A DNA stretch of 39,391 bases. Origin: Gemmatimonadota bacterium. Its GTDB lineage: Bacteria; Gemmatimonadota; Gemmatimonadetes; Gemmatimonadales; GWC2-71-9. Where the stretch lies: positions 1 through 39,391 of the forward strand of contig JBGPEJ010000002.1 in NCBI GenBank assembly GCA_041482775.1, read 5' to 3'. A program made the position numbers and the translations under genes. The notes under the pieces are model-generated. The model was given only the letters and a program-made list of their open reading frames with translations, had not been told where the DNA came from and searched no databases. Shown in pieces: positions 15,262 to 23,797 of this stretch; positions within the stretch are counted from its first letter, which is position 1, and each line of letters starts with the position of its first letter.

Positions 15262-18200
15262 ATGAGGCATCTTGCCAGCCGCCGGGTTCTCCTTGCCGTC
15301 CTACTCGCCGTAGGTGCCGCGCTGTCGGCTCCCCGGTGGCTCGCGGCGCAGGGGACCGGCACGATATCCGGCACCGTCACCGACGGCGCCTCCGGGCAGT
15401 CGCTGGGCGACGTCCGCATTCACGTTGCCGGCGGGCTCCTGCAGGGGGTGACCGATCTCAAGGGCCTGTACCGGATCGTCAATGTTCCGGCGGGCTCCAT
15501 CACCCTCGAAGTGCGCCGCATCGGGTACCGGGCGGTCGAGAAGAGCGTCACGCTCGCGGCCGGGCAGCAGCTCGTCGCCGATTTTGCGCTGACCACTTCG
15601 GTGGTGACCCTCGAGGAAGTGGTGGTCTCGGGGACGGCAGGAGACCAGAAGCGCCGCGCTCAGGGCGCCCAGGTTTCCGAGATTTCGGTGAGCGACATCA
15701 CCAACACGGCGCCGGTCCGGACCTTCGAGCAGGTGCTGCAGTCCCGGATTCCGGGGGTGTCGGTGACCCTCGCCTCCGGGACGTCGGGCGCCAACTCCCA
15801 GATCCGCATCCGGGGTCCGGCCTCGATCTCGCTCTCCAACGAGCCGATCATCTACGTCGACGGCATCCGGGTCGCCGCGGGTACCGGCAACCTGTTCTTC
15901 ACCGGAGGCCAGGCCACCGGCCGGCTTTCCGAGCTCAACCCGAGGGACTTCGAGTCCATCGAGGTGGTGAAGGGGCCCGCCGCGGCAACCCTCTACGGCG
16001 CCGACGCCTCCGCCGGCGTCATCCAGATCATCACCAAGAAGGGCAAGCAGGGCTCCCGCTTCAGCCAGACGGTGGGCCTGGAATACGACAACATCAATCC
16101 GAACTTCGTTCCGCCGGCGAATTACGCCTTCTGCACCACCGCGCTGATCGCCCCGACCAGTCCGAGTCCGCTCTGCCGGGGCAAGACCACCGCCGACCTG
16201 GTGAGCGACAATCCACTGGTGCGGCAGGGCGCGTTCCGCCACGGCAATACCAAGGACTTCTCCTGGACCGGGACCGGCGGCGGGAACAATTTCGGGTACT
16301 ACGTCTCGGGCGATTACGGCACCGAGGACGGCACCACCCCGAACAACGGCTTCGACCGGCGGAGCGGCCGGGTCAACTTCAACTGGATTCCCTCGACCAA
16401 GCTGTCGCTGACGGTCGGGGTAGGGATGACCCGCTCCAATTTCGTCCTCCCCGACAACGACAACAACGTGTACGGCTATCTCGGCGGCGGCCTGCTGGGC
16501 TCGCCGCTCTCGGTGCGGGACGACGGAGTCGAGAGCAACAACGGCTTCTTCGGCTTTGCGCGGGATGTCTCGGCGATCCAGTCGATCGAGAACGACCAGA
16601 TGACCCACCGCACCATCTCGACGGGCACCGCTGTCTGGACTCCGATGTCTTGGTGGACCAACCGGGTGACGGTGGGGGCCGACTGGCTGCGCGACGAAAT
16701 CCGCCGGTTCCTGCCCAAGAACAGCCGCGGCAGCTTCCAGGGGATCTCGAATACCGGGGACATTTCCGAGAACCGGGAAGGGATCGAGCGGTACACCATC
16801 GACTACCTTGGCAACGTCAAGGTGAGCACCAGCAGCCACCTGAGTCACAATCTCTCGGCCGGTTTCCAAATCATCGACACCCGCGACGAGAACGTCTTCG
16901 CCACCGGCCAGGGGATCACGGTCAACTCCAATAACACCGTCTCCGCGACCTCGTCGAAGAGCGCGGGGCAGGGGCTTATCCGGCAGAAGCAGGTCGGGTT
17001 CCTGGGCCAGTATCAGGGGAGTTATAACGACCGGCTCTACGTTACCCTGGGCGCGCGGATCGACGCCAACTCGGCGTTCGGCAACACCAAGGAGTGGTTC
17101 TTCCTGCCCAAGGCGAGCGTTTCCTACGTGATTTCCGAGGAGCCGTTCTGGCACGGCGGAATGGGATTCATCAATACCCTGCGGCTCCGTGGAGCATGGG
17201 GTCAGACCGGGCGGTCGCCCACGCCGGGCGCTTCGCTGGTTACCCTGAGTCCGGCGCCGTTCATCCTGGCGGGCACCGAGCAGGCCGGTGCGGTGCCGTC
17301 GAGCCCCGGCAACGACAGCCTCAAGGCGGAGCGCGGCGTGGAGTACGAGGCCGGATTCGACGCCGGCATGTTCTCGGACCGGGTCGGCCTCGAGGTCACC
17401 TATTACCGCAAGACCAGCAAGAACCTCCTGCTGCAGAAGCCGCTGCCCCCCTCACTCGGCTTTACCCAGACGCCGTTCGTCAACATCGGCAAGCTGCGGA
17501 ACCAGGGAATCGAGGTGGCGGTCACGGCGCAGCCGATCCAGAAGAAGCACCTGAGCTGGGACATGCGCCTGGGCCTCAGCACCTTGAACAGCAAGATCGT
17601 GTCGATGGGCGGGGTGCCGGCGTTCGGCACGCTGAATCGATTCCAGGAAGGCTCGGAGCCGGGGATGTTCGTAGGCAACCGGATCCGGTCGATCGACACG
17701 GTGACCAAGATCGTGATCGTCTCCGACTCGCTGGAGCGCATCGGGCCGGTGCTTCCGACCCTCGAGGGTAACTTCTCGACCAATGTCACCCTCATGCGCA
17801 ACCTGCGGTTCTACGCGCTGCTGGACTGGAAGACCGGTAACTACCTCTACAACCTGACCGACTTCTTCCGGGAAACCCAGCTGGTCCGGAGCAACAACCG
17901 CCTCGACCCGACCGTGCTCTCGACCCTGGAGCGGCTCCGCCGGTACGGGAACCCGACCGCCGGCCAGCCGGCGTTCGTCCGGGAAGGCAAGGCTCCGGGA
18001 TGCCCCGGTGCCACCTGCGCCTTTCCGCCCACGGCTACGGTCAACGAGGTGCGGGACGGCTACGTGCAGAAGGCGGATTTTGCCAAGCTGCGGGAGGTCT
18101 CGGTGACCTACACCCTGCCCAGCAAGTGGGCCGGGTACTTCCGATCGCAGAGCGCGTCGTTCACGGTGTCGGGGCAGAATCTCCACACCTGGACCGGCTA

Positions 18201-18315
18201 CCAGGGCTTCGATCCGGAGCTGCTCTCGGCCGCGACGACCAATTTCAGCCGCCAAGACTTCTTGACGATTCCGCCCGCCCGCCGGGTGGTCGTCAAGCTC
18301 AACCTGACGTTCTAA
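15262..18315 (+). CDS. SusC/RagA-family TonB-linked outer membrane receptor (copy 2)
   Basis: Signal peptide: MRHLASRRVLLAVLLAVGAALSAPRWLAAQ. A CarboxypepD_reg-like segment (ISGTVTDGASGQSLGDVRI..GLYRIVNVPAGSITLEVRRIGY) is followed by a plug (IRIRGPASISLSNEPIIYVDG..FESIEVVKGPAAATLYGADASAGVIQIITKKGK). The C-terminus ends in ..VKLNLTF. Confidence 0.9.
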   Translation: MRHLASRRVLLAVLLAVGAALSAPRWLAAQGTGTISGTVTDGASGQSLGDVRIHVAGGLLQGVTDLKGLYRIVNVPAGSITLEVRRIGYRAVEKSVTLAAGQQLVADFALTTSVVTLEEVVVSGTAGDQKRRAQGAQVSEISVSDITNTAPVRTFEQVLQSRIPGVSVTLASGTSGANSQIRIRGPASISLSNEPIIYVDGIRVAAGTGNLFFTGGQATGRLSELNPRDFESIEVVKGPAAATLYGADASAGVIQIITKKGKQGSRFSQTVGLEYDNINPNFVPPANYAFCTTALIAPTSPSPLCRGKTTADLVSDNPLVRQGAFRHGNTKDFSWTGTGGGNNFGYYVSGDYGTEDGTTPNNGFDRRSGRVNFNWIPSTKLSLTVGVGMTRSNFVLPDNDNNVYGYLGGGLLGSPLSVRDDGVESNNGFFGFARDVSAIQSIENDQMTHRTISTGTAVWTPMSWWTNRVTVGADWLRDEIRRFLPKNSRGSFQGISNTGDISENREGIERYTIDYLGNVKVSTSSHLSHNLSAGFQIIDTRDENVFATGQGITVNSNNTVSATSSKSAGQGLIRQKQVGFLGQYQGSYNDRLYVTLGARIDANSAFGNTKEWFFLPKASVSYVISEEPFWHGGMGFINTLRLRGAWGQTGRSPTPGASLVTLSPAPFILAGTEQAGAVPSSPGNDSLKAERGVEYEAGFDAGMFSDRVGLEVTYYRKTSKNLLLQKPLPPSLGFTQTPFVNIGKLRNQGIEVAVTAQPIQKKHLSWDMRLGLSTLNSKIVSMGGVPAFGTLNRFQEGSEPGMFVGNRIRSIDTVTKIVIVSDSLERIGPVLPTLEGNFSTNVTLMRNLRFYALLDWKTGNYLYNLTDFFRETQLVRSNNRLDPTVLSTLERLRRYGNPTAGQPAFVREGKAPGCPGATCAFPPTATVNEVRDGYVQKADFAKLREVSVTYTLPSKWAGYFRSQSASFTVSGQNLHTWTGYQGFDPELLSAATTNFSRQDFLTIPPARRVVVKLNLTF

Positions 18316-18331
18316 CCGGGAGAAGACGGCA

Positions 18332-19585
18332 ATGGCAATGCGAATGATCCTCTCCCGCGCCCTGACCGCCGCCACAGTGGCGGCGGGCCTCGCGGGCTGC
18401 TCGGACTATCTGGTCGTGAAGGATCCCACCGTGATCGAGGCCACCGCGCTCGATCCGGTCAACGACGCTCCCGTGCTGGCCAATTCGGCCATTCAGAACA
18501 TGGCCGCGGCCTATGGCTGGCTCGCAATGTACTCCGCCTGGATGGTCGGCGAGGCGGACGTGGCGGAGACCTTCCCCACCCGCAACGAATTCGGCCGCCG
18601 GGCGGTGGACCCCACCAACGGCAGCCTGAGCACGGACGTCTGGTTCCCGCTGTCCCAGTCGGCGTCGTCCACCTATCTGGTGCTCAACATCGCGCTGCCG
18701 ACTCCGACATCGAACGTGAACAACCAGAAGGCGCACTTCGCGCTGGCCTGGTCGTTCCTGATGATGGCGGAGAACTTCTGCCAGGGCACTATCCGGGGTG
18801 GTCCGCCACTCACCACCGCCGCCATGCTCGATTCCGCGATTGCCCACTTCCAGTCGGCGATCGACATCGGCAACGCCGCCAACACCACCGACTCCAAGTC
18901 GATGGCGAACGCCGCGCTGGTCGGGAAGGCGCGGGCCAAGCTGCAGAAGGGCGACAAGGCGGGCGCGCTCGCTGACGCGAATGGGGTGCCGGCCGGCTTC
19001 ACGTACACCCTGGCCTACTTCGACGACCTGTCGAACCGGACCCGGGTGGGGAACCGGCTGTGGCAGTTCACCGCCGACCGTGGCTCCATTGCGGTTTCAC
19101 CGGCGTGGAGGGTGGTGGATCCGCGAGTTCCGCAGCGGCTGGCGCCGTCCAACCTGCTGCCGCAGGATTCGAATTATCCGGTCGATCGCGGGCTGCCGTA
19201 CGTGATTCAGGACAAGTTCAATGCCTTCTCCAGCCCGATCCGGCTGGCCTCCCGGCTGGAGGCCGACTATATCGCGGCCGAGGCCCAGGGGAACGCGACC
19301 CAGTTGGCGCTCATTCAAGCTCGCCGGGCGGCCAACGCCCAGGCGGCCTACACCGGGGCCACCGACGACGCCAGCGTGCTGGCCGAGTTCGAGACCCAGC
19401 GCGGCCTCGAGTTCTTCCTCGAGGACAAGCGGCTCGGCGATCTGCGCCGGAACCCCGCGGCCGTCAAGTTCGTTCCGGTTCCGGGAGCCACGTACTTCAA
19501 GGCGGGGTTCGCTCCGATCGGGAGCCAGACCTGCATCCCGCTGCCGATTACCGAAACCGACAACAACGCCAACTTCCACCCGTAG
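18332..19585 (+). CDS. SusD/RagB-like outer membrane lipoprotein (copy 2, short form, 417 aa)
   Basis: It starts 16 nt after the susC stop, and GGGAGAAG lies upstream of the ATG. Lipobox: AAGLAGCSD. SusD-like helical segments are present (AHFALAWSFLMMAENFCQG, ANAALVGKARAKLQKGD, RLASRLEADYIAAEA, EFETQRGLEFFLEDKRLGDLRR). Confidence 0.7.
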   Translation: MAMRMILSRALTAATVAAGLAGCSDYLVVKDPTVIEATALDPVNDAPVLANSAIQNMAAAYGWLAMYSAWMVGEADVAETFPTRNEFGRRAVDPTNGSLSTDVWFPLSQSASSTYLVLNIALPTPTSNVNNQKAHFALAWSFLMMAENFCQGTIRGGPPLTTAAMLDSAIAHFQSAIDIGNAANTTDSKSMANAALVGKARAKLQKGDKAGALADANGVPAGFTYTLAYFDDLSNRTRVGNRLWQFTADRGSIAVSPAWRVVDPRVPQRLAPSNLLPQDSNYPVDRGLPYVIQDKFNAFSSPIRLASRLEADYIAAEAQGNATQLALIQARRAANAQAAYTGATDDASVLAEFETQRGLEFFLEDKRLGDLRRNPAAVKFVPVPGATYFKAGFAPIGSQTCIPLPITETDNNANFHP

Positions 19586-19633
19586 TCGATGGGACCCGGG
19601 GGCGGAGACGCCTCCGGGAATTGCTGAATGAAC

Positions 19634-19666
19634 AACGGGGGGCGGAAACGCCCCCCGTTGGTTTTT
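19634..19666. terminator. Bidirectional intrinsic terminator between susD-like gene 2 and the DUF1501 gene
   Basis: An 11-bp stem, AACGGGGGGCG / CGCCCCCCGTT, with a GAAA tetraloop (19634..19659), is followed by GGTTTTT. An A-rich stretch (GAATGAACA) on the 5' side gives a U-tract on the other strand. Confidence 0.75.
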
Positions 19667-19678
19667 CCAGGAAACGAG

Positions 19679-20947
19679 CTACGCCCTGATCACGCCGGGA
19701 AATCGGTCCGGTGCCGAAGGATACCCCGGGAACACCGCGCTCAGATCGCGGGCGCCGAGGTGGCGGGTCAAGATCTCGCCGAAGAGATCGCGGAAGTCGG
19801 TGGTGACCGCCACATCGCGGCCCTCGTAGCGTGCCGCAGGATCGAGGCCCGGCCAGCGCCCCGCGATGCGCCTGCCGTTGACGGTGCCACCCAGCACCAG
19901 CATGGCGGTGCCGTGGCCGTGGTCGGTGCCGCCGGTGCCGTTTTCCCGGACGGTGCGGCCGAACTCCGACATGGTGAGCACGCACACGTCGCGCATCCGC
20001 TCGCCCAGGTCGGTGGCGAAGGCGGCGAGCGACGCGCCGAGCTCGGTCAGGCGCAGCGCCAGCTGGCCCTGGTCGCTGCCCTGGTTGACGTGGGTGTCCC
20101 AGCCGCTCATGTCGGCAAAGGCGATCTCGAGCCCCAGGTCCGACTTGATCAACTGGGCTATCTGTTGCAGGCTCTGGCCCAGCCGGCCCCGCGGATACTC
20201 CGCCCCGTGTTCGGCGGCGAGCACCGACGGGTTGGCGGTCTTGAGCATCCGGATGGCCTCGAAACTCTCCTCCGCCGAGGTGGCCAGGAGCCCGGTGGCC
20301 GAACCCTGATAGAGCGCCTCGAAGGCGCGGGTGAGTTTGTCCGCGGCGTCCGGCCGGGCGCGCACGCCGAAGGCGCGCAGGTCGTCGATGGCGAGCGAAG
20401 GGGCCGATCCCGCGAGAATCCTGGGGAGCTGGGGCCCGAACGCCACGGCGCGGAACGGAGTATCGGCGTGCTCACGGTCGTGGGCGTGCTGGCAATAGCG
20501 ATTGGCCCAGCCGTCCCCGGTGGACTTGACGCCGGGGGTTCCCGACTCCATGTAGTCCTGCGCGTCGAAATGGCTGCGGGTGGTATCTGGAGAGCCGACC
20601 GCCGGCACCGCGGCCAAGGCTCCCGCGTCCCAGAACGGCTTGAGCGGGGCGAGCTGCGGATGCAGCCCGAAGTGCCCGTCGAGATCCACCACGGCCTCCA
20701 GGGGGATCGCGATCCGAGGCCGCTCGCGATAGTACTGCTCCTCGCCGTGGGGCACGATCATGCTGAGACCGTCCACGGCACCGCGCTGGAAGAGGCAGAC
20801 CAGGGTGCGGCCCTTCGCGGCTCCGAGGCGCGAGCTCCCGCTTGCCCCCGCGGCGTACGCCGCCCGGCCGAGAAAGAGCGGATCGAGCCCGAAGCTCACC
20901 AGCCCGAGGGCGCCGCCCCGCACGAAGACCCTTCGTGAAATGCTCAT
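19679..20947 (-). CDS. DUF1501-family protein (sulfatase-fold) with twin-arginine signal
   Basis: Tat-like N-terminus: MSISRRVFVRGGALGLVSFGL. A DUF1501-type C-terminal motif is present (GTGGTDHGHGTAMLVLGGTVNGRRIAG). The ATG overlaps the upstream stop (ATGA). Confidence 0.8.
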   Translation of the reverse strand: MSISRRVFVRGGALGLVSFGLDPLFLGRAAYAAGASGSSRLGAAKGRTLVCLFQRGAVDGLSMIVPHGEEQYYRERPRIAIPLEAVVDLDGHFGLHPQLAPLKPFWDAGALAAVPAVGSPDTTRSHFDAQDYMESGTPGVKSTGDGWANRYCQHAHDREHADTPFRAVAFGPQLPRILAGSAPSLAIDDLRAFGVRARPDAADKLTRAFEALYQGSATGLLATSAEESFEAIRMLKTANPSVLAAEHGAEYPRGRLGQSLQQIAQLIKSDLGLEIAFADMSGWDTHVNQGSDQGQLALRLTELGASLAAFATDLGERMRDVCVLTMSEFGRTVRENGTGGTDHGHGTAMLVLGGTVNGRRIAGRWPGLDPAARYEGRDVAVTTDFRDLFGEILTRHLGARDLSAVFPGYPSAPDRFPGVIRA

Positions 20948-22632
20948 TGGCGCTGGAACTCCGGGCCGCCCAGGGCGAGGCCCACCGCCAGCGCCCGCGC
21001 CTGGACCGGATCGTTGACATCGGCGAGCTGGTCCAGGATCACCTTGCGGGTCTGGGCCGACATCCGGCCACCCAGGATCAGGCGGTCCACCGCGGCCACC
21101 AGCGCCTCCCGCTCCGACGCGAGCGGCAGCACCAGGTCCAGATTGACCTGCACGCCCGGCAGACGGTTGGCGGCGAGCTGGACCGCGAAATTCATCCGGT
21201 TGAGCAGGGCCCCGCTGTTGACCCAGTCCTCCTGCTGCTCGCCGTATCCGTTGGGCGCCACGTGCTGATAGAGCGGCTGGCCCAGCCGCGCCACCGCGCC
21301 GGCCAGGCGCGGGGTGCTGTCAGGCACTCCGCCCACCGCGCGCACCGCGCTCACGACGAACTCCAGCGGCGTCTTGACCTTGCTGGCGCGGTTCTCCGCG
21401 GCCCAGAAATCGGGTGAGCGGACGATGGCGCGCACGACTTCCCGCAGGTCGCCCCCGCTCCGCTTCCATGCCATGACCGCGTCGTCGATGCAGCCGTCGG
21501 GAGGGGTGTCGTTGACGAAGCGGGCGCACAGCTTGCCGCTCACGTAGTGCATCGTGCTGGGATGCTCCGCCAGCAGCTTGAGCAGCTTCATCCCCTCGTC
21601 CTGTCCGTGGCCGGCAGGGAACTCGACCCCGAGCACCGTCTTGCGCCCGCGATCGTGGGCCCAGTCGTTGAACACGAAGCCGCCGCCCTGGATCGGCCGC
21701 TCGACACTCCACCCGGTGAGGATGCGCGCCACCTCGGTGACGTCCTTCTGGGTGTAGCCGCCGTCGACCCCCACGGTGTGGAGCTCCATCAGCTCGCGGG
21801 CGTAGTTCTCGTTGAGTCCGGTGGCGCCGCGCTGATTTGCGGGAGGACGCACCGCGCCGCCCCGCGGAAACGGCATGGGCGGGAAGAATCCGGGACGCCC
21901 CCCGCGGCCACGGGCAAACCCGCGCATCCGCTCCCGCGCCATCCGGTCCGGTACCGGGGGCTGGCTCCCTGGGGCAACGCTCTCCGCGTTGTCGAGATAG
22001 ACCATCATCGCGGGGCTCTTGGCCGTCGCGATCAGCAGGTCCTCGAACTTCCCCAGAATCCGGGGCCGGAGGGTTTCCTCGATGAAGGAAGGGAGGTAGA
22101 CCCGGTCGAGGTTCTTTCCCACGAAGATGTTGAAGTGGTTGGTCCAGAAGTCCGCCATGATCTCGGCGAGTTGCCGGTCCGATTCGGTGGCTCGCACCAC
22201 CACGAGCTGAGGAAGCTCGGCCCCGAGCGCACGGAGCTCGCGGGCCTCGGGCGGCAGCCGGCGGAGCCGCTCGTCGGGGCTCATCATGCTGTCCGCCGCG
22301 GCGTCGCGCTTCTCCTGCCGCCGCTCCATCTGCACCAGCAGGTAGCTGCGCAGCAGGTCTTCCGGTCTGGACTGGAGCAGATCGAACTGGGCCAGGACGT
22401 CTTTCAGGCCGGGATCATCGGCGCGGTCCACCCCCAACTGGCGGTCGACCCAGCGCAACACCCCCTCCCGCGCGATGCGATCGGCGAGGCCCGGCGTGGA
22501 GCCGTAGGCAAGGCGATTGAGGACATGGAGGGCGCTGTCGCGGGGGGTCATCGGCGCCATTTGCGCTCCGGTCGGAGCGGCGGCGCCGAGTCCCAAGGCG
22601 AGGAGAGCCACGCGGCGGTTCATGGTGGGCAT
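20944..22632 (-). CDS. DUF1800-family protein
   Basis: Signal-like N-terminus: MNRRVALLALGLGAAAPTGAQ. The characteristic FWTNHFNIFVGKN segment is present. It is immediately upstream of, and overlapping, the DUF1501 gene, which is the usual pairing. Confidence 0.8.
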   Translation of the reverse strand: MPTMNRRVALLALGLGAAAPTGAQMAPMTPRDSALHVLNRLAYGSTPGLADRIAREGVLRWVDRQLGVDRADDPGLKDVLAQFDLLQSRPEDLLRSYLLVQMERRQEKRDAAADSMMSPDERLRRLPPEARELRALGAELPQLVVVRATESDRQLAEIMADFWTNHFNIFVGKNLDRVYLPSFIEETLRPRILGKFEDLLIATAKSPAMMVYLDNAESVAPGSQPPVPDRMARERMRGFARGRGGRPGFFPPMPFPRGGAVRPPANQRGATGLNENYARELMELHTVGVDGGYTQKDVTEVARILTGWSVERPIQGGGFVFNDWAHDRGRKTVLGVEFPAGHGQDEGMKLLKLLAEHPSTMHYVSGKLCARFVNDTPPDGCIDDAVMAWKRSGGDLREVVRAIVRSPDFWAAENRASKVKTPLEFVVSAVRAVGGVPDSTPRLAGAVARLGQPLYQHVAPNGYGEQQEDWVNSGALLNRMNFAVQLAANRLPGVQVNLDLVLPLASEREALVAAVDRLILGGRMSAQTRKVILDQLADVNDPVQARALAVGLALGGPEFQRQ

Positions 22633-22670
22633 GACGGGGGGTGGTGGGAGGTGTTAAGGAAAGGAGCGGG

Positions 22671-22718
22671 TAGGGGCTAGCGGCTAGGGAGTCAGGAGCA
22701 GGAGTTAGCGACTAGAGA
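22671..22718. repeat. Degenerate 7-8-nt tandem repeat (TAGGGAG/TCAGGAG units) in an intergenic region
   Basis: The units read TAGGGGC TAGCGGC TAGGGAG TCAGGAG CAGGAG TTAGCGA CTAGAGA. It contains GCTAGGGAGTCA, which is identical to 5312..5323. Confidence 0.4.
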
Positions 22719-22736
22719 CTTTATTAAACAAAGTAC

Positions 22737-22765
22737 TTGACAGATCGCGGCACCGACCGTATCCT
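22737..22765 (+). promoter_or_regulatory. Sigma70-type promoter placed for a leaderless transcript
   Basis: TTGACA (22737..22742), a 17-nt spacer and TATCCT (22760..22765), with an AT-rich tract upstream (TTTATTAAACAAAGTA). The ATG at 22773 starts 7 nt after the -10 element. Confidence 0.5.
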
Positions 22766-22772
22766 GGGGAAT

Positions 22773-23387
22773 ATGGCAGCCTCCCCCCGCCCGGCCCGAG
22801 CCGACTCGCCCCCCATCCCGCTGCACCACCGGGCGCTGGATGACCTGACCTTCATCCGCGACACCATGGAGCGGGCGGGGACGGTCACCTCGGTCCCAGG
22901 ATGGGGCGGGGTGGCCATGGGGGTCACTGCCTTGATTGCGAGCTGGATCGCGTCCCGGCAGGGCTCTGGTGCCGAATGGCTGGCGGTCTGGCTGGCGGAG
23001 GCAATCGTCGCCCTCGGATTGGGCGGTGCCGCGATGGTCCGGAAGGCGGAGGCCACCCGTACGCCGCTGTTTACGAGGGCCGGAAAGCTCTTCGTCCGCG
23101 CCTTCGTGCCCCCGATATTGGCCGGTGCCGCGCTGACCCCGGTCTTCTTCCGTTCGGGGCTGGTAGACCGGCTTCCCGGCCTCTGGCTGCTGCTCTACGG
23201 TACCGCCGTGACGACGGCTGGGGCGCTTTCGGTTCCGGTCGTTCCCCTCCTCGGCATCAGCTTCATGGGCTTGGGCGTAGTGGCATTCATGACGCCCGCA
23301 TCATGGGGGAACTCACTGATGGCGCTGGGATTCGGAGGGCTCCAGATCGGATTCGGGCTCCTGATCGCAAGGAAACACGGTGGCTAG
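22773..23387 (+). CDS. Hypothetical polytopic membrane protein
   Basis: The 204-aa product has about five or six hydrophobic helices (GWGGVAMGVTALIASWIA, WLAVWLAEAIVALGLGGAAMV, ILAGAALTPVFF, LWLLLYGTAVTTAGAL, LLGISFMGLGVVAFM, LMALGFGGLQIGFGLLIA). The track start at 22737 is the TTG of the -35 box. I recognise no family. Confidence 0.6.
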   Translation: MAASPRPARADSPPIPLHHRALDDLTFIRDTMERAGTVTSVPGWGGVAMGVTALIASWIASRQGSGAEWLAVWLAEAIVALGLGGAAMVRKAEATRTPLFTRAGKLFVRAFVPPILAGAALTPVFFRSGLVDRLPGLWLLLYGTAVTTAGALSVPVVPLLGISFMGLGVVAFMTPASWGNSLMALGFGGLQIGFGLLIARKHGG

Positions 23388-23772
23388 GCGCGCAGCGGCC
23401 CGTGCCGACCGCGGCTCCGCTCCGTCGCCCCCGGCGCGGCTGGCCGCGCTTCCGGGTGACGCCGCGCCGCGCGCTTCGCTCGAACTGGACCGCCTGATTC
23501 ACGAGCGGGTGCGACTGGCCATCGTGAGCGCGCTCGCGGTGAACCAGTCGCTGACCTTCAACGAGCTCAAGCACCTGCTGGGCGCCACCGACGGCAATCT
23601 GAGCGTGCACGCGAGGCGGCTGGAAGAGGCCGGATACCTCGAATGTCTCAAGTCCTTTGCGGGGCGGACGCCCCGTACCGAGTACCGGCTGACCCGGGAA
23701 GGACGGGAAGCGCTGGAGCGTTACCTGGCCCACATGGAAGGGCTGATCCGCTCGACCCGGGCGGGATCGTGA
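23380..23772 (+). CDS. Winged-helix transcriptional regulator (HTH_34/ArsR-MarR-like)
   Basis: The GTG start overlaps the upstream stop by 8 nt. The sequence LDRLIHERVRLAIVSALAVNQSLTFNELKHLLGATDGNLSVHARRLEEAGYLECLKSF..RTEYRLTREGREALERYL is a typical winged-helix pattern. Confidence 0.75.
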   Translation: MARRAAARADRGSAPSPPARLAALPGDAAPRASLELDRLIHERVRLAIVSALAVNQSLTFNELKHLLGATDGNLSVHARRLEEAGYLECLKSFAGRTPRTEYRLTREGREALERYLAHMEGLIRSTRAGS

Positions 23773-23797
23773 GTCTCTTTTTTTGGGGAGAAGCTTT

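Noticed and set aside
23745-23790. Imperfect hairpin (GATCCGC..GCGGGATC) followed by a T7 tract, considered as a terminator or attenuator between the regulator gene and uppS.
   Set aside because: The stem is short and bulged, and it lies inside the regulator coding sequence. The T-tract starts about 10 nt after the stem, too far for a canonical intrinsic terminator. It may still dampen read-through but is not supportable from sequence alone.
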